Origin: an uncultured Chloroflexia bacterium
GTDB taxonomy: Bacteria; Chloroflexota; Limnocylindria; Limnocylindrales; CSP1-4
Reading direction: 5' to 3'
Assembly (NCBI GenBank): GCA_963826225.1
Contig: CAWGWF010000002.1
Span: forward strand, 4,987-68,986
Length of the DNA stretch: 64,000 bases
Shown: positions 46,162 through 54,869 of the stretch, piece by piece
How the letters are laid out: each line of letters starts with the position of its first letter
Position numbering within the stretch: the stretch's first letter is position 1
Program-made: the position numbers and the translations under genes
Notes under the pieces: generated by a model
Databases searched by the model: none
Seen by the model: the letters and a program-made list of their open reading frames with translations, nothing else
What the model was told of the DNA's origin: nothing

Positions 46162-47436
46162 GTGCACGAGATGACGCCGACCGGCGACGCGGCGACCGGG
46201 CCTCCGGGGCCGCCGCGGCTGGCGCCGATCATCCTGCTCGAGGCCGCCAACATCGCGTCCGGCGTCGGGAACGCGATCGTCATGCTGACGATCCCGTGGC
46301 TGGTGCTGGAGCGAACCGGGTCCGCGGCCTCGGCGGGCCTGGTCGCCGCGGTGAGCGCCCTCCCCGCGATCCTGGTGGCGCCGTTCGTCGGCTGGCTCGT
46401 GGACCGGTTCGGCCGCCGGGTGGTCAGCGTCGTCTCGGACATCCTGTCAGCACTCGCCGTCGCCAGCATCCCGGTGGTGGCGATGCTCGGCGGCCTGGAC
46501 TTCCCGGCCATCCTTGCGCTGGCCGTGCTCGGCGCCACGTTCGATCCCGCGGGCTCCACGGCACGCCGTTCCATCCTGCCGGACGCCGCCGAGGCCGCCA
46601 ACCGGCCGGTCGACACGCTGAACGGCGTCCACGAAGGGATCTTCGCGATCGGCTGGACGGTCGGGCCCGTCGTCGGGGCGGCGCTGATCGCCACCGTTGG
46701 CGCGGAGCAGTCGTTCTGGGCGCCGTTCGTCCTGTTCCTGGTCGCGAGCGGGTGCGTCGCCGCAATGCGCGTGGGCGACGCGGGTCAGCGGGCCCGCGCC
46801 GAGGCGGACGAGGGGATGGGGGCGGACTTCGGCTGGGCGAGCCTGACCAGGGGGTTCACGACCCTGTGGCACGACCGGCCGCTGCGCCTGGTCACCATCG
46901 CCGTAGTCGTCCTGGCCGCCATCTACCTGCCGACCGAGGCCGTCCTGCTGCCGACGTACTTCGAGCGGCTGGGCGACCCGGGTGCGCTCGGGATCGTGAT
47001 CTCCGCGCTCGCGCTGGGCGCGATGATCGGGGCGTTCAGCTACGGGTGGCTGCGGCGGCGGCTGCGGCTCTCTGCGCTCGCCCGGCTCGTCCTGGCCGGC
47101 GTGGCGCTCAGCATCGTTCCGATGGCGATCCTGCCTCCGCTCCCGGTGCTCGCCGTCGCGGCGTTCTGCCTGGGCCTCTCCTGGGGACCGGCCGACCCGA
47201 TGATGAGCACGCTCGTGCAGACCCGTATCCCACCCGACGAGCAGGGCCGCGTCTATGGCGTGCAGATGTCCGTGTTCTACGCGGTCCCGCCGATCGCCAT
47301 GCTGATCATCGGCGGCGCCGTCGAGCAGCTCGGACTCGCGTGGACGTACCTCGCGCTCGCCCTCCTGCTTGCGGCGTTCTCGATCGCGGCGATGCTCTCG
47401 CCGGGCGTCAGGGAGCTGGACCGGACTGGTCCTTGA
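46162..47436 (+). CDS. MFS transporter
   Basis: 12 predicted TM helices. The loop 2-3 motif GWLVDRFGRRVV is typical of the MFS. Confidence 0.85.
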   Translation: MHEMTPTGDAATGPPGPPRLAPIILLEAANIASGVGNAIVMLTIPWLVLERTGSAASAGLVAAVSALPAILVAPFVGWLVDRFGRRVVSVVSDILSALAVASIPVVAMLGGLDFPAILALAVLGATFDPAGSTARRSILPDAAEAANRPVDTLNGVHEGIFAIGWTVGPVVGAALIATVGAEQSFWAPFVLFLVASGCVAAMRVGDAGQRARAEADEGMGADFGWASLTRGFTTLWHDRPLRLVTIAVVVLAAIYLPTEAVLLPTYFERLGDPGALGIVISALALGAMIGAFSYGWLRRRLRLSALARLVLAGVALSIVPMAILPPLPVLAVAAFCLGLSWGPADPMMSTLVQTRIPPDEQGRVYGVQMSVFYAVPPIAMLIIGGAVEQLGLAWTYLALALLLAAFSIAAMLSPGVRELDRTGP

Positions 47437-47597
47437 CCGGATCCTGAGGCGGGCCCCGGTCTTCAGACCAAGGGGCGAAGCTCGTCCCGCAGGGCGTCTC
47501 GAAGTGGGCGAAGCGACGCCTCGGTTTCCAGCGGCTCCTGCCCCAGCGTCGTGGAGCCGCCGATGAGGACGACCAGACGGCGCGTGTGGCACTCAGG

Positions 47598-48842
47598 TCA
47601 GCGTGCGAGCGGCTCCAGGAGCCGGTGCGCGACACTGGTCCAGCTCCACCTGCCCACGGCGGCCCGCCGCGCCGACGCCCGGATCGCCACCCGATCGCGC
47701 GGGCCGAGGGCGAGGAGCTCGGTGAGCTTCGCCCGGAGGTCGCCGGCGTCGCCCGAGGTGAACCCGGCGAGGTGGCGGAGCTTCGGGGGGTACTCCTCCG
47801 CGAGCCCGGCGGCGATCTCCGCGAGCCCGGAGTGGCGCGCGACCAGCGGCGGACATCCCGTCGCAGCGGCTTCGGCGGCCACCATCCCGAACGCCTCGGG
47901 GAAGATCGAGGGGACGACGCACGCATCGGCCAAGGCGAGCAGGTGCACGAGATGCCGGTGCTCGAGCGGGCCCGTGAACAGGACATCCTTGCCGGCGATC
48001 CCTTCCAGCTCGGCGCGGTCCTCCCCGAAGCCGACGATGACCGTGCGCGCGTTCATGCCCTCGAGCGCCTCGAGGAGCAGGTGCACGCCCTTGTTCCGCA
48101 TGAGCTTGCCGAAGTAGACGACCGTCGGCCGGTCGCCGGCCAGGAACCGGCCGAGGCGCTCGGCGTTGCCCTCGTCGGGCAGCCGCTCCTCGGCGTTGGC
48201 CGGGTTCGGCGGGTCGCGCCGCGCCTCGGCCAGGAGGGCGGCGAGCGCCGTCGGCCGGTCCGCCGGCCTCCAGGCTTCGATGTCCACGCCGGGAGGGACC
48301 TCGTGGACACGATCGACGTGGCCGCACACCTCCTCCAGAACGCGGCGGACGTGGGCGGAGCCGACGAAGGTGGCCGCGGCCTGCTCGAGGCAGTCTCGCC
48401 CCCACGCCGCGAGGGTCGGGTTGCCCCGCATCGCGTACTCGAGCTCCGAGCCATGCGCCTTGACCGCGAAGCGGGCCCCGCTGGCCACCCCGACCGGTCC
48501 CCCGAGCAGGACGTGGTTGCAGAACACGACGTCGGCCGGGAGGTGCTCGCGGAGGGCCGCGGCGTTCGCCTCCACCCAGCGCTCGAGCTCGTCGGTCCGG
48601 CAGTCCCCGACGAGCCTGACCTCGTACCCCTCGTACCGGTCGAGCACGAACACCGGCAGCAGCCCACCGACGTCGGGGCGGACGACGCGTGCCCCGCCGA
48701 GATCGTGCGACTCGGGTCGCGGGTCCTGGCAGAACACCGTGACGTCGTGCCCCGCCCGCATCCACGCGCGCGCGAGCTGTCGCGTGTAGACGTTGGAGCC
48801 GGTGCCGCCGAGCAGGTAGCCGTGCCACAGCAGGATCCGCAT
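47598..48842 (-). CDS. glycosyltransferase family 4
   Basis: MRILLWHGYLLGGTGSNVY and the E-x7-E region EAFGMVAAEAAATGCPPLV. Start taken at the ATG at 48842. Confidence 0.9.
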   Translation of the reverse strand: MRILLWHGYLLGGTGSNVYTRQLARAWMRAGHDVTVFCQDPRPESHDLGGARVVRPDVGGLLPVFVLDRYEGYEVRLVGDCRTDELERWVEANAAALREHLPADVVFCNHVLLGGPVGVASGARFAVKAHGSELEYAMRGNPTLAAWGRDCLEQAAATFVGSAHVRRVLEEVCGHVDRVHEVPPGVDIEAWRPADRPTALAALLAEARRDPPNPANAEERLPDEGNAERLGRFLAGDRPTVVYFGKLMRNKGVHLLLEALEGMNARTVIVGFGEDRAELEGIAGKDVLFTGPLEHRHLVHLLALADACVVPSIFPEAFGMVAAEAAATGCPPLVARHSGLAEIAAGLAEEYPPKLRHLAGFTSGDAGDLRAKLTELLALGPRDRVAIRASARRAAVGRWSWTSVAHRLLEPLAR

Positions 48843-48971
48843 GCGCCCATCCTGCCTGAGCACGGGCCGGCGGGCGCTGTCCCGGCGCGCGTCTATGCGG
48901 CATCCCAGATCCTCGCGGAGCCGGACGTGCGCCGACGTTGTGGTCAGGCAGGTCCCCTACAATCGCCCGGC

Positions 48972-49769
48972 ATGGTCACCGTCATCGCCCACCGAGGCGC
49001 ACGCAGCCTCGCGCCGGAGAACACCCTGGCCGCGGCCCGGAAGGCCCAAGCCGTCGGCGCCGACCTGTGGGAGACCGACGTCGCGGTCACCGCGGACGAT
49101 CGACTCGTCCTGATGCACGACAATTCCATGATGCGGACCACCGACGTCGCGGACCGGTTCCCGGAGCGCGTCCCAGCGCCGTTCTCGACGTACACCCTCG
49201 CCGAGATCCGGTCGCTCGACGCCGGGGCATGGTTCGAGCGCGACGATCCCTTCGGGCAGGTCGCCGCCGGCGCGGTCACGCGCGGCGAGCTGCTCGCCTA
49301 CGTCGGCGAGAAGGTCCCGACGCTTGAGGAGGCGTTCGAGCTGACGCTCGAGCTTGACTGGTTCCTCAACCTGGAGCTCAAGGCCCAGCCGAAGCCCAAG
49401 GACACGTTCGACGTGGTCGGCGCCGTCCTCGCGCTGGCCGACGAGGTGGGGATCGGGCCCGACCACCTGCTGTTCTCGTCGGCCCGGCACGCGTGGCTGA
49501 AGGCCCTCAAGCAGCGCAGGCCCGAGTTCGAGGTCCAGGCCGTCCTGGGCCTCTTCCCCGAGGACCCCATCGACTTCGGTGACCCGTTCTTCGCCACGTT
49601 CAACCCGCGGATCACACGCGTCTCGATGGAGCAGATCGAGGAGCAGGTGGCCCGCGGAACCCGGCTCAACCCCTTCGCGGTCAACGAGCCGGAGTACATC
49701 GCACGGCTCATCGAGATCGGGGTCACCGGCCTCATCACCGACTTCCCGCAGCGAGTGGCACGACCATGA
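48972..49769 (+). CDS. glycerophosphodiester phosphodiesterase family protein
   Basis: VIAHRGARSLAPENTLAA, ETDV...LVLMHD and NLELK. Only this part of ORF 47586..49769 is protein-like. Confidence 0.9.
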   Translation: MVTVIAHRGARSLAPENTLAAARKAQAVGADLWETDVAVTADDRLVLMHDNSMMRTTDVADRFPERVPAPFSTYTLAEIRSLDAGAWFERDDPFGQVAAGAVTRGELLAYVGEKVPTLEEAFELTLELDWFLNLELKAQPKPKDTFDVVGAVLALADEVGIGPDHLLFSSARHAWLKALKQRRPEFEVQAVLGLFPEDPIDFGDPFFATFNPRITRVSMEQIEEQVARGTRLNPFAVNEPEYIARLIEIGVTGLITDFPQRVARP

Positions 49770-50635
49770 CCTCACCCACCACGATGGCGTCGCACCGGTT
49801 CTGCATCGTGAACTGCTATCCGGCGGCCAGCCGCGAGAACTTCGACCGGTTCGACGTCGGTCACCCCCACGACCTGTTCCGCGACTTCCTGCGCCGGGAG
49901 GCGCCCAACGCGACCTCGGAGATCGTGTACGTCGCCGACCCTGACTTCGCGCTGCCACCCGGGACGTCCATCGACGACTTCGACGGGTTCATCTGGACGG
50001 GATCGGACCTCACCGTGTACCGCACCGACGACCCCAGGGTCGCCGGCCAGATCGCCTTTGCGCAGGCGCTGATCCGGGCGGGGGCGGCCAGCTGGGGGAG
50101 CTGCTGGGGGATCCAGCTCGCGTCGCAGGTCGCCGGCGGGGAGGTGGCCGCCAACCCCCGCGGCCGCGAATGGGGCATCGCCCGCGACATCCGGCTGACC
50201 GACGCCGCGCTGAGCTCGCCGATGCATGCGGGCAAGCCGGAGCAGTTCGACGCCTTCATCATGCACTTGGATGAGGTCACGCGCCTGCCTGATGGCACGC
50301 CGCTGCTGGCCACCAACACCCACACGCCGATCCAGGCTGCCATCATCGAGGACGGGGCCGCCTCGTTCTGGTGCACCCAGTACCACCCCGAGTACAACCT
50401 GCACGAGATGGGGCGCCTGATCGCAGCACGGGCGAGGGCCCTGGTGAGGGAAGGCTTCTTCCCTGACGTCGCCGCCGTCGCGAGCTACGCAGCCAGGATG
50501 AAGGAGCTCGCCGCCAACCCGGCCTCGGTGGAGCTGCGAGCGGAGCTCGACCTGGGTGACGACATTCTCGACCCGCGGATCCGGGAGGTCGAGCTGCGCA
50601 ACTGGCTGCGGTTCATCGACTCCAGAACGGGGTAG
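49766..50635 (+). CDS. class I glutamine amidotransferase-like protein
   Basis: Nucleophile elbow GSCWGIQ and QYHPE. ATGA overlap with the phosphodiesterase gene. Confidence 0.85.
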   Translation: MTSPTTMASHRFCIVNCYPAASRENFDRFDVGHPHDLFRDFLRREAPNATSEIVYVADPDFALPPGTSIDDFDGFIWTGSDLTVYRTDDPRVAGQIAFAQALIRAGAASWGSCWGIQLASQVAGGEVAANPRGREWGIARDIRLTDAALSSPMHAGKPEQFDAFIMHLDEVTRLPDGTPLLATNTHTPIQAAIIEDGAASFWCTQYHPEYNLHEMGRLIAARARALVREGFFPDVAAVASYAARMKELAANPASVELRAELDLGDDILDPRIREVELRNWLRFIDSRTG

Positions 50636-50686
50636 CGGGAACGGCCGCCGGACCCGCGTGCGTCCGGGCGACCCCGTGCCGCTGGA

Positions 50687-52126
50687 CTAGCGCATCGTCT
50701 GGGCGGCGAACGCACGGACTGCAGCGGCCGTGCCGCGACCCGACAGCGGGAACCCGTGACCGGTGGCGAGAACGGTGGGCTCGAGGTCCGCGATCTCGCC
50801 GATCGAGGCGGCGGCCGCCTGCCGGTCCCATGTCGTGTACCAGGGCGGGCCGGACAGTCCCTGCCGCCCGCGCAGGATGCCCGGCCAGGTGTTGACCTGC
50901 AGGGTCAGGAGCGCGTCTCCGCTGATGACGACCCGGTCGCGATGCCGGGCATACGCCACGTGCCCCGGGGTGTGGCCCGGCGTGTGGATCCACGCCCAGT
51001 CCTCGACGCCCGGGATGGTGCCCCCGGGACCGAGCGGCTCGACGATCCCGGCCAGGCTGGAGCCGGCGAGGGCCGCCTCGCGTCGACGCCTGCCGATGGC
51101 GCGCATGAGGGGCAGGATCAGCCATCGGTCCAGCGGCCCCGCGTACCTCGCCATGGCCCCGAGATCGCCCGTGGCGAGCGGGATCTCGGCCGGGTGGACG
51201 AGGACCGGACATCCCCATGCCCGGGCCAGCTCGCGAGCCGACCCGTCGTGATCCGGGTGGGCGTGGGTCAGGAGGATCGCCGAAGGGGCAAGCCCCGGAC
51301 CCAGCAGCGATCGCGCGGCCGCCTGGATGCGCGGTCCATCGCCCTCCCAGCCGGCGTCGACCAGGATCCACGACGACCCGTCGCGGACCAGGTAGACGTT
51401 CGTCTGGGTCCGGCCCCACGGCCCGAGGAGGTGCACGTCCGGCGCGATCTCCGTGGCGAGGGCCCTCGCGGCTCCGGCGGCCGTCGATGACACGCCCGCC
51501 GCCGGGTCCTCCCTCCCTTCCGCGCGATCCCGGAGGCCGAGCAGCATCCGCCGTTCCATGACCCACGACGCCGGCACCAGCAGGAGCCACGTCGCCACCC
51601 GGGCCGGCAGCGACGACCTGGAGGTGGACATCCGCGTGCGGCTGATGAGGCGGGTCGAGCCGTCGCCGGCGGGCTCCAGGACCCATGTCCAGGCCCACGT
51701 CCCGTCGTCGGTGCGCGTCGCCAGCACGCGCTCGGGCTCGATGACCTGGACGCGCAGCCCCGTCCCGTCGTTGGCCACCGGGATCACGTCGCCGACGGCC
51801 AGGCCCTGGAGCTCCGGCACGATCCGGCGGCTGCTCCGCATGTCGAGGCCGAACAGCCGGTCCAGCCAGTCCCAGGAGTAGGCCCCCGCCCGGCCCACGC
51901 CGATCTGCACGAGCCAGGGCCACACCTCGGCGCTCGGGGCGGTGATGGAGATCGCCCGGGTGGCGACCAGGTCCGCGTCGGGGAGGAGCTCGTCCCCCGG
52001 GAGCGGGCGGTGGACCTCCTCCGCCGTGGCACCCCAGTCCAGCATGCGTCGCCACAGGCGAGGCCCCACCAGGGCCCCGAGCGCCGCCAGCAACCCGCCT
52101 CCAGCCAGGATTCCGATCCGCGTCAC
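50687..52126 (-). CDS. fusion protein: N-terminal SRPBCC domain + C-terminal MBL-fold metallo-hydrolase
   Basis: WGATAEEVHRPLPGDELL...VWPWLVQIGVGRAGAYSWDWL (SRPBCC), then LLTHAHPDHDGS and TPGHTPGH (MBL). GTG start at 52126. The upstream part of ORF 50687..52285 is rejected. Confidence 0.75.
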   Translation of the reverse strand: MTRIGILAGGGLLAALGALVGPRLWRRMLDWGATAEEVHRPLPGDELLPDADLVATRAISITAPSAEVWPWLVQIGVGRAGAYSWDWLDRLFGLDMRSSRRIVPELQGLAVGDVIPVANDGTGLRVQVIEPERVLATRTDDGTWAWTWVLEPAGDGSTRLISRTRMSTSRSSLPARVATWLLLVPASWVMERRMLLGLRDRAEGREDPAAGVSSTAAGAARALATEIAPDVHLLGPWGRTQTNVYLVRDGSSWILVDAGWEGDGPRIQAAARSLLGPGLAPSAILLTHAHPDHDGSARELARAWGCPVLVHPAEIPLATGDLGAMARYAGPLDRWLILPLMRAIGRRRREAALAGSSLAGIVEPLGPGGTIPGVEDWAWIHTPGHTPGHVAYARHRDRVVISGDALLTLQVNTWPGILRGRQGLSGPPWYTTWDRQAAAASIGEIADLEPTVLATGHGFPLSGRGTAAAVRAFAAQTMR

Positions 52127-52233
52127 GAGCGCAGTCTCCCCGGCCCGCCGCTGCGACTGTAGAGGCGAACGGCCCAAGCGCCGCGGCCGCGACAGCCCCG
52201 GCGGTTGCGGCAAGCGCGTAGGATCAGGGCGAG

Positions 52234-53043
52234 ATGACCCGCGACGCGTCGCTGACCCGCCGAACATTCCTCGCCCGGGTCGCACGTGTCTCGGGCGGGC
52301 TCGTCGTCGTGGGGATCGCGGGCTGCATGCCCGGAGCCGGCACGTCGGTGCCCGGGTCGCCGGCCCGACCGAGCACCACGCCTCTGCCCGACCCCACCCG
52401 GACGCCGGAGACCTCGCCCCCCACGGGCGGCGCGACGCCCTCCGCCGCCGGCGACGGCGTTGCCTGGACCCGCGTCGACCTGGGCAACGTGTCCGCCTAC
52501 GTCCTCGTTCGCGGCGGCGAGGCGGCGGTCGTCGACACCGGGAACCCAGGCGCCGACGACGAGATCGCGGACGCGCTGGCCTCGATCGGGCTCGACTGGG
52601 GGGCTGTCGGCCACGTCATCCTCACCCATCGCCATTCGGACCACGTCGGCAGTGTCTCGGCGGTGCTGGAGGCGGCCCCGGCTGCGACCGGCTATGCCGG
52701 CGCGGCGGACCTTGCCTCGATCGACGCCCCGCGGGAGCTCCGAGCGGTCGCCGACGGTGACACCGTGTTCGGCCTGCAGATCGTCGCCACCCCGGGCCAC
52801 ACGGCGGGCCACGTGAGCGTGCTCGACCCGGTCGGCGGAATCCTCGTGGCCGGCGACGCCTTGAACACGAGCGGCGGCAAGGTCACCGGCCCCAACCCGG
52901 GCTACACCGCAGACATGGCGACGGCCTCCGATTCGGTCGCCAGGCTCGCGGCGCTGTCGTTCGAGACGCTCCTGGTCGGGCACGGCGACCCGATCGAGGG
53001 CGGAGCGTCGGCGATGGTCGCCGCCCTGGCGGCCGGCGGCTGA
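52234..53043 (+). CDS. MBL-fold metallo-hydrolase, Tat-exported lipoprotein
   Basis: Twin-arginine TRRTFL, lipobox GIAGC, a Pro/Thr linker, THRHSDHVG and TPGHTAGH. Confidence 0.85.
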   Translation: MTRDASLTRRTFLARVARVSGGLVVVGIAGCMPGAGTSVPGSPARPSTTPLPDPTRTPETSPPTGGATPSAAGDGVAWTRVDLGNVSAYVLVRGGEAAVVDTGNPGADDEIADALASIGLDWGAVGHVILTHRHSDHVGSVSAVLEAAPAATGYAGAADLASIDAPRELRAVADGDTVFGLQIVATPGHTAGHVSVLDPVGGILVAGDALNTSGGKVTGPNPGYTADMATASDSVARLAALSFETLLVGHGDPIEGGASAMVAALAAGG

Positions 53044-53094
53044 CGGCGAGCCGGGGGTCGACCCGGGCCCTGCGGCGCCGGCGTTCCCGGTCCG

Positions 53095-53802
53095 CTACTC
53101 GAAGCCCGGAGCGCGGGCATCCAGGATCCCGTGCCGGATCGAGGCCGGGGAGCCGTAGGTGCCGAGGAGCGACACCAGCTCTCCGAGCGCCAGGGCAACA
53201 TCGTCCGAGGCGGTCGCGTGGTGCCCTTCGACCGTGACCAGGATGTCCGTGGTGTCGAGGCGCGCGGCACTCCCGGCGCTCTGCCGCCAGCACCAGCGGC
53301 GGGCGCTCACGACGTCGGCCTCGTCGGCAAAGATCACCTCGCCCGGCTCCGGGTGCTCGGCCAGGCTTGAGCCCAGGTCTGCCCATGGCTCGTCACCACG
53401 GGCGAACCGGACCGTCGTGCCGACCGAGATCCCGCGCAGGTCGAAGACGGCGACCGGGAGCGCATGCCGGATGCTGACCAGGTTCGCGACATCCACCAGC
53501 GTCCCGATCGACGGCAGGTCTCCCTGCCTGATCAGGCGGCGGAGCAGGGCCTCGGCCGCCGAGCGGTACTGCGTCGGATCGACGCCGAAGCCGCGGAACA
53601 CCCTGCGCCAGGCCGCGAGGGTGGGCAGCTCGCTGAGGGGCGTTGCGCCGATCCGTGCCCGCACCGCCACGGTCTCGTCGCGGAAGGCTGCGGCGAGACG
53701 GGGCGGCGTCGGCTCGTTGTGCACGCCGGCGGCATGGATGACGCCGCCGACCACCGCCGGGAAGCGCTCGATGATGGCCGGGTCATAGCGGAAGCGCGTC
53801 AC
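53095..53802 (-). CDS. B3/B4 tRNA-binding-domain protein (PheT B3/4-like)
   Basis: LAAWRRVFRGFGVDPTQYRSAAEALLRRL...LPSIGTLVDVANLVSIRHALPVAVFD. It starts 16 nt after the HypA-like stop on the same strand. Confidence 0.75.
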   Translation of the reverse strand: MTRFRYDPAIIERFPAVVGGVIHAAGVHNEPTPPRLAAAFRDETVAVRARIGATPLSELPTLAAWRRVFRGFGVDPTQYRSAAEALLRRLIRQGDLPSIGTLVDVANLVSIRHALPVAVFDLRGISVGTTVRFARGDEPWADLGSSLAEHPEPGEVIFADEADVVSARRWCWRQSAGSAARLDTTDILVTVEGHHATASDDVALALGELVSLLGTYGSPASIRHGILDARAPGFE

Positions 53803-53817
53803 GGCGGCTCCCGGGCG

Positions 53818-54102
53818 TCACGCGGGGGCCGGCGCCCGGTCGAGGTCGTCCTCCGGGCACTCGACGTCCACCCAGACCAGGCGGAGCGCCCGCTCGTCCG
53901 TCGCCGCCAGGAAGTGGAGCTCCGCGCCCTCGACCATGGTGCCGCGCGCGGCCTCCTCGAGGTGGAAGGCGACAGCCTCCTCGGTTGCCCCGGCGTCCTC
54001 ACCGATCTCGAGGTGCAGGTCGGTGATCCTGGTCGCGCCGGCCTGGTGCGCGTGGTCGAGCGCGAGGGCCACGATCCGTTCGGCGATCCCCGATTCGTGC
54101 AT
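53818..54102 (-). CDS. HypA-like hydrogenase nickel-insertion protein lacking the zinc-finger module
   Basis: N-terminal MHE nickel motif, then ...ITDLHLEIGEDAGATEEAVAFHLEEAARGTMVEGAELH parallel to HypA. Only 94 aa with a single Cys, so the CxxC...CxxC zinc site is absent. ATGA overlap with the protease gene. Confidence 0.6.
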   Translation of the reverse strand: MHESGIAERIVALALDHAHQAGATRITDLHLEIGEDAGATEEAVAFHLEEAARGTMVEGAELHFLAATDERALRLVWVDVECPEDDLDRAPAPA

Positions 54103-54869
54103 CAGCCCGGATCGTACCCGCGGGCGCCGGGCGCCGCCGCTCCACCCTGCGCCGCTCCGGCCTGCGGCGCACCGCCGCCCACGATGCGCGCCATCACCCT
54201 CCCGGCCACCATGGGCACCGCCGCCGCCACCGGTGCGGTCATCCGGCCGCCCACGGTCGTGCTGTCGCCGGCCTCCACGGCGATGATGGCCACGTCGGCA
54301 GGCACCGCCAGGCCGAGCATGCGGGCCAGCTCCAGGGCCTCAAGGAGCCCGATGTAGTGGGGTGAGCCGCCGCGCGGGCCGTCCAGGTCGGCCTCCGTCA
54401 GCTCGAGGACGGTGCCCGGCTCCACCGTGCCGCTCAGCACGGAGTCGATCACGATGAGCTTCGAGGCCCCCACGACGGCCTCGAGCAGGTACATGCCGGT
54501 GAGAGCGGTCTCCACGACCTCCACGCGCCCGACCGCCGGCAGCTCGAAGGCCTGGCCTGTCGCCGCCGGGTCGAACGATGGCCCGGCCGGCACCTGGGTG
54601 CCCGCGATGGCGAGGCGCCTGGCCAGCTCTCGCGCGGCGACGATGCCCACGGCGTCGTCGGCGATGAGCTCGTTGCCCAGGCACAGCACCCGGATGGGGC
54701 CGGTGACGACCGCGACCCCCGGCGCGAGCGCGATCCCGGCGGTGGATGCGCTCGCGACCGGGGCGGTGACTTCCGTCGCGGCGGCGACGCCCGCGTCGAC
54801 GCAGCCCGTCGCGGCGGCGCCAGTCTCGATCACGGGGACGCTACTCGCGGTGGATGCTGCCATCGGCAT
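54102..54869 (-). CDS. [NiFe]-hydrogenase maturation endopeptidase (HycI/FrhD/HoxW family)
   Basis: RVLCLGNELIADDAVGIVAA, LIVIDSV...PGTV and SPHYIGLLEALELA. It carries a ~55-aa Ala/Thr/Val-rich N-terminal extension and a Gly/Ala-rich tail. The start is uncertain (ATG 54869 or 54863, or GTG 54833). Confidence 0.8.
   Translation of the reverse strand: MPMAASTASSVPVIETGAAATGCVDAGVAAATEVTAPVASASTAGIALAPGVAVVTGPIRVLCLGNELIADDAVGIVAARELARRLAIAGTQVPAGPSFDPAATGQAFELPAVGRVEVVETALTGMYLLEAVVGASKLIVIDSVLSGTVEPGTVLELTEADLDGPRGGSPHYIGLLEALELARMLGLAVPADVAIIAVEAGDSTTVGGRMTAPVAAAVPMVAGRVMARIVGGGAPQAGAAQGGAAAPGARGYDPG

Noticed and set aside
47437-47597. Possible bidirectional terminator between the convergent MFS and GT4 genes
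   Set aside because: Only weak, bulged inverted repeats could be found by eye. This is not enough to call a feature.
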